Below are positions 1 through 8,378 of a stretch of 63,919 nucleotides of DNA, in pieces; the stretch's first letter is position 1; every line of letters starts with the position of its first letter. A model generated the notes under the pieces. It ran no database searches, was not told the DNA's origin, and was given only the letters and a program-made list of their open reading frames with translations. The position numbers and the translations under genes are program-made. Source of the DNA: Gemmatimonadaceae bacterium (lineage in GTDB: Bacteria > Gemmatimonadota > Gemmatimonadetes > Gemmatimonadales > Gemmatimonadaceae); NCBI GenBank assembly GCA_035253645.1, contig DATFBW010000257.1, positions 1 through 63,919 of the forward strand, in the 5' to 3' direction.

Positions 1-31
1 CAACTGGTCGTTCGACGTCGCATCAGGCGAA

Positions 32-844
32 GTGCCCTCGATGGCCCAGGCAGCCGTCGTGGGCCAGGATGAGATTTTCGACCAGATCCAGGCCACGTTT
101 TTCCGCGGCACGAATGCCCTGCGCCTGCAGTTCGATGACACCGGTACCTTCGATCTATGGGACGATGCCAGAGTGATCGTCTGGTACCCGAAAGATGGTT
201 GTCAGCCGGACGTGGCACGGGCTGACCTTGTAGGGCGAGTCCTTCCACTCGCGCAACACGAGCGCGGCCTCATCGCCTTGCACGCGAGTGCCGTTTGTCT
301 GCCAGCCGGCACGATCGCGTTCATGGCGCCCAAGAACTACGGCAAGAGCTCACTCGCCATGTCTCTCGTTACCGAGCATCAGGCGCAACTCCTCACAGAC
401 GATACGCTCATCGTTTCGCCCGGTCGAGGCGTTGCGGTTCCCGGCGTGCATAGCGTTAGGCTCTGGGGCGAAACGGCGCGGCGCTTCGAAGGACTTGGGA
501 GGGGACGTCCTGTTCTGAGCGAGAAGGAGATCTTCGAAGACTTGCCGCAGACGTCGCTCGCAATGCAGGAATCGCCACTCGTGGCGCTCTATACGATCGT
601 GCCTGAAGAGCCACAAATGACGCCCGTCGTGCGCCGCGAAGCACTGGACGGCGCTCACGCGACGATAGCGCTCATCCAATACCAGAAACTTGGTGCACTC
701 CTCGGCGGGCCGGACGCGGCTCAGGTTTTCGACCGCGCGGCGGCACTCGCGGCGCGTTGTCCGGTTTACGCGCTTCATATCGCTCGCGACTGGGCGCGCT
801 TGCCGGAAGCGGCACGCGTACTCGCGGACTGGCACGCTCGTTAG
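32..844 (+). CDS. HPr kinase/phosphorylase-like (HprK-related) P-loop kinase; the frame is open to the window start, so it may be 5' truncated
   Basis: 270-aa ORF. Walker-A-like APKNYGKS (nt 326-349) is followed by LLTDDTLIV, as in HprK C-terminal domains. The TAG stop lies inside a CGTTAGGC octamer. Located near a lasso-cyclase-like gene. Confidence 0.5.
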   Translation: MPSMAQAAVVGQDEIFDQIQATFFRGTNALRLQFDDTGTFDLWDDARVIVWYPKDGCQPDVARADLVGRVLPLAQHERGLIALHASAVCLPAGTIAFMAPKNYGKSSLAMSLVTEHQAQLLTDDTLIVSPGRGVAVPGVHSVRLWGETARRFEGLGRGRPVLSEKEIFEDLPQTSLAMQESPLVALYTIVPEEPQMTPVVRREALDGAHATIALIQYQKLGALLGGPDAAQVFDRAAALAARCPVYALHIARDWARLPEAARVLADWHAR

Positions 845-851
845 GCAGTGC

Positions 852-1925
852 TCAGGCGAGCAGCGCGGCGATGCGCCGGGCCGCTGTGCCGTCTCCAAAG
901 ATCTGCGGTGAGGTGCCTGGGGGTTTTCGTGCGGCACGGGCGGCCGCGACGATGGCCATCGGGTCCGAACCTGCCAGCACGTTCCACCCCGTGTTGACCG
1001 TCTCCACCCACTCGGTTTCCGGACGCAGCGTCACGCACGGCACCTGGAAGAAGAACGCTTCCTTCTGGACGCCGCCCGAGTCGGTCAGGATCACTCGCGC
1101 GTGCTTTTCGAGCGTCAGCATGTCGAGATATCCAACGGGATCCACGAGCCGCACGTGGCGCCGCGCGTTGTTGTGCGCGCCGAGGCGGGCACGTGTACGT
1201 GGGTGCAGCGGGAAGATGACGGGCTCGCCGATGGCGTCCAGCGCGTGGAGCAGCCGCTCCAGCACCGCGGGATCGTCGGTGTTGTATGCGCGGTGCACGG
1301 TCGCGAGCAGGTACGCGCCGGGGAGCACGCCTAACGAGTCGAGTACACGCGATCGCTGCTGCGCGCGTTGCGCGAAGTGCAAAACCGAATCGTACATCAC
1401 ATCGCCAACCAGATGCACGCCACGCGCAATCCCTTCACGCGCCAGGTTGTCGACGGCCGTCTGCGTAGGACAGAAGAGGAGGTCCGCACAGTGATCTGTC
1501 AGAACACGGTTGTGTTCCTCCGGCATCGTGCGGTTGAAGGAGCGCAATCCTGCCTCCACGTGCGCCAACGGAACGCCCAGCTTCACCGCCGCCAGCGCAG
1601 CCGCCAACGTCGTGTTGGTGTCACCGTACACCAGCGCGTAATCTGGCCGCTCGTCCACGAGTGTGCGCTCGACGGCGACCATCATGCGTCCCGTTTGCTC
1701 CGCGTGAGATCCCGAGCCGATCGCGAGGAAGTGGTCCGGCGGCGCAATCCCCATCTCGCTGAAGAACACATCGGACATTTGCGGGTCGTAGTGTTGGCCC
1801 GTGTGCACAATGACTTCGTTATGCCCCGCTTCTTTCAGCGCGACACTCACTGGAGCTGCTTTGATGAACTGCGGCCGAGCGCCGACGATCGAGGCGACCT
1901 TCAAACGCCCTCCTCTGTGGGGCAT
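852..1925 (-). CDS. wecB: UDP-N-acetylglucosamine 2-epimerase (non-hydrolysing)
   Basis: N-terminus KVASIVGARPQFIKAAP, plus HTGQHYD, GDTNTTLAAALAA and HVEAGLRSFN motifs typical of WecB/MnaA. ATG at 1925 chosen over the longer ORF start at 1955. Confidence 0.85.
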   Translation of the reverse strand: MPHRGGRLKVASIVGARPQFIKAAPVSVALKEAGHNEVIVHTGQHYDPQMSDVFFSEMGIAPPDHFLAIGSGSHAEQTGRMMVAVERTLVDERPDYALVYGDTNTTLAAALAAVKLGVPLAHVEAGLRSFNRTMPEEHNRVLTDHCADLLFCPTQTAVDNLAREGIARGVHLVGDVMYDSVLHFAQRAQQRSRVLDSLGVLPGAYLLATVHRAYNTDDPAVLERLLHALDAIGEPVIFPLHPRTRARLGAHNNARRHVRLVDPVGYLDMLTLEKHARVILTDSGGVQKEAFFFQVPCVTLRPETEWVETVNTGWNVLAGSDPMAIVAAARAARKPPGTSPQIFGDGTAARRIAALLA

Positions 1926-1982
1926 CAGTGCGTGAGGACGATGCCGCGTGCGCAAAGGGAACGCCAGAGATAGCCTTACGAC

Positions 1983-3881
1983 ATGACCGCCATCGTCGGC
2001 CTCTTTGGAATCGGCGCGCGCGAAAGCGCAACGCTCGTCCGAGCTGCCCTGACCGTCATGGGGCCGCGTGGAAGCGACCGCGTGGAGACCTGGGTAGAAG
2101 ACGATTTGGCGTTAGGCGCCGTGTCCGACCACTGGGAAGTCGGCGGCGCTACCGACGCCTCCGCCCGCGTCGCGTACAATGCAGCCGCGGCAGTCGCCTG
2201 CGACGCATCGCTCTACTACCTCAGCGACCTTCGGAGCGCGCTCCAGGCAACTGGCGCGACCCCAGCCACGGACTCTCCCGCTGGGCTCATCCTGGCGGCA
2301 TACAGCGTTTGGGGAGAGCGGTGTGTCGATCACATCGAAGGAGATTTTGCGTTCATCCTGTGGGACCGTCAGGCGCGGAAAGTAGTTGCGGCCCGCGACC
2401 ACGCCGGTACGCGGCCGCTGTTTTATAGCGTTTTCCCCAGCGGCCTCGTGGTGGCGTCGCGCCTGGACGCCCTAACGAGTATCCCGCAGTTCAACCGTGC
2501 GTTCAACCTCATGTCGATCGCCGACGACGCGCTTTTTCTGCGTGTCAACGCCCCCGAGGCGACGGCGTACCGCGATGCCGCACGATTGCCTGCGGCACAT
2601 TGCCTAACGTGGACTGCCGGTACCAGTCCACGCGTTTCGCGCTGGTGGGACGTGCCGATCTTTTTGCGCGGCGACGGGCCGCCATTCGCTGAGGCACTGG
2701 AAGAATTACGCCGGCTGCTGATTGCCGCAGTCGCCGAACGATCGAGGCATCCCGGCGGAACGGCTATCTGGCTGAGCGGCGGTTACGACTCTTCAGCCCT
2801 CTTTGCCGCATCGCATTTGGCCGCGGAAAGGGGCGTGCCGCCGGCGCAACCAATCTCGATATCGCATCCACCTGGCGATCCGGGTCGCGAAGATGAGTTG
2901 ATCGAAAGCTCGACCCGCTTTTGGCGCGTCACTCCCACGTGGCTGGACGTCGATGACGTGCCTTCGCTCGTTGCTCCCGTCGCAGCCGCGCGCGTGCGCG
3001 ACGAGCCGTTCTACCACATTTATGAATTGTCGAATCGTGCGCTTGCTCACACGACTCGTGAGGCAGGGCTGCGCGCCGCGATCGTCGGCAACGGCGGGGA
3101 CCAGTTCTTTTCCGCCGGTGTTGCGCGGCTAGCCGATCACTTTCGTCGCGGTCATTTCAACACTCTCGTCCGTGAGTGGCGCGAAGCAGGCGGCGGTAGA
3201 GATTGGCGCCTATTCGTGCGGACAGTCGTTATGCCCAACATGCCGACTCTCGTGCTCGCCGTTGCGAGCGGGCTACGACAAAAGCGCACGATGCAACAGA
3301 GGTTGACACGTCGATTACCGGCCTGGACAAACGGAAAATTCGGCGACCTCGACGCACTGCAGACCCTGAATAGGGCAGGCTTGAAGCGCAGGACTGGCGA
3401 GGGTCACGCGGCCGTCGAACAGAGTTGGTTCTTGCGCCACGTAACGGGGGAGCGGATAAACGCTGCCTATACCGCGACCGGCCTGCTCGACGGTATCGAA
3501 GTGAAATCCCCCTTCTTTGACTCACGCGTGCTTCGTTTTGCAGCTGGCAGGCCTCTTGATGAGAGCTACGCAAGACAGGAGAACAAGAGACTTCTGCGGG
3601 GCGCGTTTCGCGGTCACCTGCCGGATGAGGTAATAGGCCCACGGGCGGCGCGCACCGGGCTTCCTTACCGGTCGTTACGCCGAGCGGCTTCAGAGCATGC
3701 AGCGTGGGTAGTAGCCGAGGGGCAAGGGGGTATGATACTTGCTGACTTCGGCGTGATAGACGGAAGCAATTTCCTCAGTTCAGCCGGCCGTATAGCTGAG
3801 CAGGGGGTTGCTGACGTGGAAGAAGCTGCCGCTCTTGTGGCGTGTACGCAGGTGGAGTGTTGGTTGCGTGCCCGTTCGTAG
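1983..3881 (+). CDS. Asparagine synthetase B homologue lacking the N-terminal Cys nucleophile; candidate lasso peptide cyclase (C protein)
   Basis: 632 aa. It starts MTAIVGLFG rather than MCG. It has GDFAFILWD...ARDHAGTRPLFY and the PP-loop WLSGGYDSS. A precursor-like small ORF lies 105 nt downstream. Confidence 0.7.
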   Translation: MTAIVGLFGIGARESATLVRAALTVMGPRGSDRVETWVEDDLALGAVSDHWEVGGATDASARVAYNAAAAVACDASLYYLSDLRSALQATGATPATDSPAGLILAAYSVWGERCVDHIEGDFAFILWDRQARKVVAARDHAGTRPLFYSVFPSGLVVASRLDALTSIPQFNRAFNLMSIADDALFLRVNAPEATAYRDAARLPAAHCLTWTAGTSPRVSRWWDVPIFLRGDGPPFAEALEELRRLLIAAVAERSRHPGGTAIWLSGGYDSSALFAASHLAAERGVPPAQPISISHPPGDPGREDELIESSTRFWRVTPTWLDVDDVPSLVAPVAAARVRDEPFYHIYELSNRALAHTTREAGLRAAIVGNGGDQFFSAGVARLADHFRRGHFNTLVREWREAGGGRDWRLFVRTVVMPNMPTLVLAVASGLRQKRTMQQRLTRRLPAWTNGKFGDLDALQTLNRAGLKRRTGEGHAAVEQSWFLRHVTGERINAAYTATGLLDGIEVKSPFFDSRVLRFAAGRPLDESYARQENKRLLRGAFRGHLPDEVIGPRAARTGLPYRSLRRAASEHAAWVVAEGQGGMILADFGVIDGSNFLSSAGRIAEQGVADVEEAAALVACTQVECWLRARS

Positions 3882-3985
3882 GGGGCCGGACGCTTAAGAA
3901 AACTTTGAACCAAGGGGCGCTGGGTGCGCCTCACTTTCCGCCGGGCAACGGCTCGGCGTCATTTGACGAGGAGGCCGCAACCCAC

Positions 3986-4120
3986 ATGTATCAGAGCCCA
4001 GAGTTAAAGAAATTGGGAACGTTCCGCGAAATCACGAAGTCAGGCATCAGCGGACCGGCAGACCGCATCGGAATGCAGAATGACGGCTGCACGTTCACTC
4101 CTGGCGGCCGCTGCTCGTAA
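3986..4120 (+). CDS. Candidate lasso peptide precursor (44 aa): MYQSPELKKLGTFREITK / SGISGPADRIGMQNDGCTFTPGGRCS
   Basis: The leader fits YxxPxLx3Gx5Tx exactly (Y2, P5, L7, G11, T17). The predicted core has Ser1 and Asp8 (macrolactam position), two Cys and a C-terminal Ser. GAGGAGG lies about 12 nt upstream of the ATG, and a strong terminator follows. Confidence 0.6.
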   Translation: MYQSPELKKLGTFREITKSGISGPADRIGMQNDGCTFTPGGRCS

Positions 4121-4159
4121 TCTCACGATACGAGTAGTAGGATCGCGGAATGATCCGCA

Positions 4160-4189
4160 GGGCGGCGCTCAAGCGCCGCCCTTTCGTTT
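4160..4189. terminator. Rho-independent terminator between convergent genes
   Basis: GGGCGGCGC-tcaa-GCGCCGCCC perfect 9-bp GC stem followed by TTTCGTTT. Confidence 0.65.
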
Positions 4190-4196
4190 GCGCGTC

Positions 4197-5174
4197 CTAG
4201 ACGCCAGTGACCGCCGGCGTGGAACGTCCGCGCAGAAAATACCACAGGCCCAGAGGCGCGAGACCGAGCAAGAGCAGGCGCCACGAGAGCATAGCCTCCG
4301 CCCCTCCTTCAAGCCCCGCGATGCGGAACAGGGACTCGAACGCAGCCTCACCCACACCTAAACCCCCGGGCGTCACCGGGATGTTGTTGGCGACGAATCC
4401 CAAGGAAGCGAGGAACGGCACGGCCATTGTCGCCTCACCGGCATTTGGGTTGGTGATGACGACGAGCAACCAGACGATACCCATGCTGAGCGCATGGGCT
4501 ACCAGCGAGATCCCGACAGATCCTGCGAGGATTCGAAGATGCCGCCGGAAATTCTGCATCGTGTTGAGCATCAGCGCCGGGTAGCCGCGCAGCGGAAACG
4601 TGCGCAGAACCCATTGCACGCCACCGAGCGCGCGGGCGCGACGCGACGTTGATACGGCCACCGCGAAAATGATCAGCAACGAGCTCAACGCCGCGAGCAA
4701 CAGCAGCATGCGCAGCAGTGCGGACTCTCTGATCAAGGGCAAACACAGTGGCGCGGCGATAATCGGAAATAGCGTCAACGCGAGGAGACCCATCACGCGA
4801 TCGAGCAGAAGGAGGGTCCCTATCTCGGTCCGCCTCCCCGCGGCTCCCTGTGTCGTGTAGAACAAACGCACGATGTCGCCCCCTCCTCCGGGCAGCACGA
4901 GCGTAAACAGGTTCGCAATCAGCGAAAGCCCGAGCGAATCGCGCAGCGTCAGACGCATACCACTCGGCTGAAAGAGCAGGCACACGCGCTGCGAGATCAG
5001 AACGACGACGATGAAAAGGAGACAGAGAGCGAGAAGAGTCAGGCCCCAGTGGCTTGTCATCCCGCGTAACGAGCTCCAGTCGACTCGTCCAGTACGCGCG
5101 AGAAAACCGAGCACGGTGCCGGCGATGGCCAGCCTAACGATGCCGAGCCAAATACGCCTTTGGCGCGTCGTCAT
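4197..5174 (-). CDS. UPF0104 / LPG-synthase-TM family polytopic membrane protein (flippase-like domain)
   Basis: 325 aa, multi-TM, with the family signature region NNIPVTPGGLGVGEAAF near the C-terminus. Confidence 0.65.
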   Translation of the reverse strand: MTTRQRRIWLGIVRLAIAGTVLGFLARTGRVDWSSLRGMTSHWGLTLLALCLLFIVVVLISQRVCLLFQPSGMRLTLRDSLGLSLIANLFTLVLPGGGGDIVRLFYTTQGAAGRRTEIGTLLLLDRVMGLLALTLFPIIAAPLCLPLIRESALLRMLLLLAALSSLLIIFAVAVSTSRRARALGGVQWVLRTFPLRGYPALMLNTMQNFRRHLRILAGSVGISLVAHALSMGIVWLLVVITNPNAGEATMAVPFLASLGFVANNIPVTPGGLGVGEAAFESLFRIAGLEGGAEAMLSWRLLLLGLAPLGLWYFLRGRSTPAVTGV

Positions 5175-5821
5175 GCGGGTTGGACGCTCGCTGACTCTGT
5201 CAGATCGCGAACGTAGAGATTGGCGTGCAGTCCGTACCGTTCAATCGAATGCAGGAACTGAAAGCCATGTTTGCGATAGAACGCGTTGGCCAACGGATCC
5301 CCCGGCGTCACGCAGGCTTTAACAGAAGCCGCGCCGGACTCACGCAATGTAGAAAGTGCGTTTCGCAGGAGCAGACTTCCCACCGTCCCTCGCTCGGGCA
5401 ATTTGCGTCCGCGATACTCTGGCCTGACCGCGATCGACAGCAACTCCGCGGAGACATCGGGGGCCGGCTCGGACCGCGGCACCAATACGGACCGCGCGAT
5501 ACGCGCGGCTAGACGCCAGCGCTGCCGGCTGGGAAGGATCGACCAAAACAGCGTCGCGGCGAAGGCAAATGCGTGATGTCGCAAGGCGGAGCGTAACAGG
5601 CGGACAGTAGACGGCGTGTAAGACAGGTATCCGACGAGTACATCGTCTGCGAAGTATCCGTCGCACAGGTAGAGTGGCTCGCCGAACATCGTCCGATGGT
5701 ACAGAACATTGAACGAGGGACCGAGGCGCGCCGAGAGGGTGTCAGGGAGTGACTGGTGTTGCAGCTCCAGGAGAGCGTCAAGGTCAGCAAGTGAGAGGCG
5801 ATGTATGCCCGCTCGCCTCAT
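5171..5821 (-). CDS. GNAT family N-acetyltransferase
   Basis: C-terminal GNAT fold motifs (RGRKLPERGTVGSLLL...ANAFYRKHGFQF). ATG at 5821 forms an ATGA overlap with the upstream stop at 5818-5820, so the longer ORF to 5917 was rejected. Confidence 0.65.
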   Translation of the reverse strand: MRRAGIHRLSLADLDALLELQHQSLPDTLSARLGPSFNVLYHRTMFGEPLYLCDGYFADDVLVGYLSYTPSTVRLLRSALRHHAFAFAATLFWSILPSRQRWRLAARIARSVLVPRSEPAPDVSAELLSIAVRPEYRGRKLPERGTVGSLLLRNALSTLRESGAASVKACVTPGDPLANAFYRKHGFQFLHSIERYGLHANLYVRDLTESASVQPA

Positions 5822-6687
5822 CGCGCGGCGGTGGGGTTTCCGGTGAAGGGCGCCAGGAGCTCCGCGGTGCTCGTTATGCGGAATCGTTTCTGAACGAAAC
5901 GGACCATCCGCGAACACGCGTCGCGTTTCGCGGCCGCGCTCCGTATGGAGAGCGTGAACAGCTTCATGCGCGCGTCACGACAGTACTCAGACTCGAGCGG
6001 ATCGCTGAAGTCGATGAGGTGGAAGAGAAGCACCGTTGGAGTCCCGCGCCGGGCCGCGCGCGACATCGCCCAGTAAAAGGGGGGAAGTCCAAACGCCAGC
6101 GCGAACGACGGCCCGATCGGCGAGGATAGGGGGACAGGGCCGGGGAGCGGCAATTCCACGATGCCGCCGAAGGACGTTAGGCGTTGGGGTCGGATGAGCT
6201 CACGTCGTGGCCGTCCGAGTCGTTTCTCGAATGTAGCGGTAGGGAAGACCGATGAGTCGAACACATAACCGGCGGACGCGGCGATTGTGAGCGCTTCGCC
6301 GTCCATGGCGTATCCCGGTGCGCGAAAACCGATAACGCGCACGGCGAACGCGTTCTCGATGAGGGCCTTGCTCTCGGCGATCTCGCGCTCCTTCTCCTGC
6401 CGCGTTAGGCGCATGAGGTTCGGGTGGCTCACGGTATGCGACGCGAGCTCGTGACCCAACGACACCGCCTCTTGCAACAGGGCGTGCTTCGCCGGATCCC
6501 GGACATCTTCGGCGATGACGAACAGCGTCGCCGTGATTCCAAAGTCGGAAAACAGCTGCAGCATGTTGCGAACGCCGCTGGTGAAGATCGGGTCTCCCGG
6601 CCCGCCATATGTACGGCCGTGGGCGCGGAAGATCTGATGCGCACCGTCCAGGTCGACGTGCACAGCGAGCGGTTGTGGCGCGTTCAC
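5818..6687 (-). CDS. Polysaccharide deacetylase (NodB homology domain)
   Basis: HVDLDGAH, TLFVIAEDV and GHELASHTVSHPNL motifs. GTG at 6687 overlaps the upstream TGA (GTGA). Confidence 0.8.
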   Translation of the reverse strand: MNAPQPLAVHVDLDGAHQIFRAHGRTYGGPGDPIFTSGVRNMLQLFSDFGITATLFVIAEDVRDPAKHALLQEAVSLGHELASHTVSHPNLMRLTRQEKEREIAESKALIENAFAVRVIGFRAPGYAMDGEALTIAASAGYVFDSSVFPTATFEKRLGRPRRELIRPQRLTSFGGIVELPLPGPVPLSSPIGPSFALAFGLPPFYWAMSRAARRGTPTVLLFHLIDFSDPLESEYCRDARMKLFTLSIRSAAAKRDACSRMVRFVQKRFRITSTAELLAPFTGNPTAAR

Positions 6688-8378
6688 GGGCCCACCACGC
6701 GCTCGTATATACGAATCGGTGGATTCACGACGGGGTGGTCGAGCGCGGGCCGGCGTGCCCACGGCAGAAGCGGCCGAGTTTGGAAGAACGCCACGCGGCG
6801 ATAACCTAACGAGCCGTCCTCGAGAGCTCGATAAATAGCCGGAGGACACGTCGCCGCGTGAGGAGCGCCCGGGTAACTCGTATAGTCGGGAACGAGCGCG
6901 ACAAACCGCGGACGTCGCTCGCGCCAACCGTCAATGATCGTCTGTATCGCTGTTGCGCCTGTATCCGCCCGAAAGGTACTCCCGCGAAACGGGATGGCTT
7001 GACGAGAAGTCAGCGACGCCGGCATCGGCGGATGTTTGTGCTCGGACCCGAAGTATTCGAGGGCGTCGCCAGGCCGGGCGTTGCGGGCTATCCAGGCGCC
7101 GGCTGCATAACGCGAGTCCCGTACCATCCCATAGGTGAGGTCGGTGGCCCAGAGGGCAAGGATGATCACGGCGGCTCCCGCCACAGCCGCAGTGGCCCAC
7201 CTGATCGTCGGGATGCTGCGCCAGCCGGTTACGACCGCGTAGCCGGCGTACAAGGCCAGCACAAAGGTGATTGGCAATACGTAGCGCAATTGGATCACGC
7301 GCGCCGACACGAACAGGATGACGAGATACACGAGCGCGGAATAGGCGAGCAGCACACTGCGGCGGTTCCGCCTGGCTGCCAGGATAAGGCCGCCGATGCC
7401 TAACGCCAAACCGGGGAGGGACATGGCGTTCCCCAGCAGCGCGACAATCTGCGCAGCCAGGGAGACGTGGCCGCTCCAGGTGAACGGGTAATACGTCGTG
7501 AATATCACTCCACCCGAACGCGCCAACTGTGTGCGTTCACGGATGAACGTGAGATGCGCTTGCCAGCGCGCGAAGTCGATGACGAGTCCACTGCCGATGG
7601 CATAGGCACCCAGAGCTGCCGCCGTCGCAAGCGTGGCAGTGCGCCAGAACCCCGGCTGCATCCAGTACCGCTCTCTTTCGCCCGGATCGCGCATGAACGG
7701 CAGCACCAGCGGAACGAACGCGAACGACGCGAATGAGGGTTCTTTTGTTGCGACCGCACATCCGACCAGCGCCCCCAGGACCACGGCGCGCCGAGTCGTT
7801 AGGCCGCGTTTCGCGATGAGCGCAAAGGCCCACAACCCCGCCGCCGTGAAGAACAACACGGGAACGTCCACATTCGAATTCCGGGCATAATAAAACATCG
7901 GATACACCAGCATCGCGAAGATCGCGGCCACGACCCCCGTTGTCTCGTCCCACATCTCGCGCGCGATGCCGTACGCACAAATCACGATACCCACGCCCAA
8001 CAGCACAGATAAGAAATGCGCGATCCAGGTGAGGTGCTTGAGCGCGGCGACCGGATCGTCGAAGCCATGCGGGTACGCCACGGTCGGTTTTTCGAGTCCG
8101 CCCGTTGCCGCGAGGTAGCCTATGTATGGCGCGAAGGACCCCAGCACCATGAACGGATGCAACATGGGGTAACCGAGGTTCGGATTCATCTCGGCTTTCG
8201 GCGCGATAATGTCGTGCGCCTGAGCGAGCGGCCCTAACGGGGGTTCGTCATCCACCCCCCACGCATTGGTGCGATCTGCCGCGGTGGCGTGCGGAGCCCC
8301 CCACCAGAACGCCGGTGTGTAGAGCAGGAGCGCGACGATCCCCAGGAGCAACGCACTGCGCGGCCAGCCTGACCGCAC
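6684..8378 (-). CDS. GT-C fold membrane glycosyltransferase (ArnT/PMT family 39-like)
   Basis: About 12 TM segments. The first periplasmic loop WGVDDEPPLGPL carries acidic residues. It sits in an operon with a deacetylase and a GNAT. The start is uncertain (GTG 8378 chosen; the ORF extends to 8456). Confidence 0.55.
   Translation of the reverse strand: MRSGWPRSALLLGIVALLLYTPAFWWGAPHATAADRTNAWGVDDEPPLGPLAQAHDIIAPKAEMNPNLGYPMLHPFMVLGSFAPYIGYLAATGGLEKPTVAYPHGFDDPVAALKHLTWIAHFLSVLLGVGIVICAYGIAREMWDETTGVVAAIFAMLVYPMFYYARNSNVDVPVLFFTAAGLWAFALIAKRGLTTRRAVVLGALVGCAVATKEPSFASFAFVPLVLPFMRDPGERERYWMQPGFWRTATLATAAALGAYAIGSGLVIDFARWQAHLTFIRERTQLARSGGVIFTTYYPFTWSGHVSLAAQIVALLGNAMSLPGLALGIGGLILAARRNRRSVLLAYSALVYLVILFVSARVIQLRYVLPITFVLALYAGYAVVTGWRSIPTIRWATAAVAGAAVIILALWATDLTYGMVRDSRYAAGAWIARNARPGDALEYFGSEHKHPPMPASLTSRQAIPFRGSTFRADTGATAIQTIIDGWRERRPRFVALVPDYTSYPGAPHAATCPPAIYRALEDGSLGYRRVAFFQTRPLLPWARRPALDHPVVNPPIRIYERVVGP

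Noticed and set aside
3842-4120. The 92-aa version of the small ORF in the six-frame track.
   Set aside because: Its 5' part overlaps the end of the cyclase gene in another frame and has no ribosome binding site. The internal ATG at 3986 has a GAGGAGG upstream and yields the leader-motif match.
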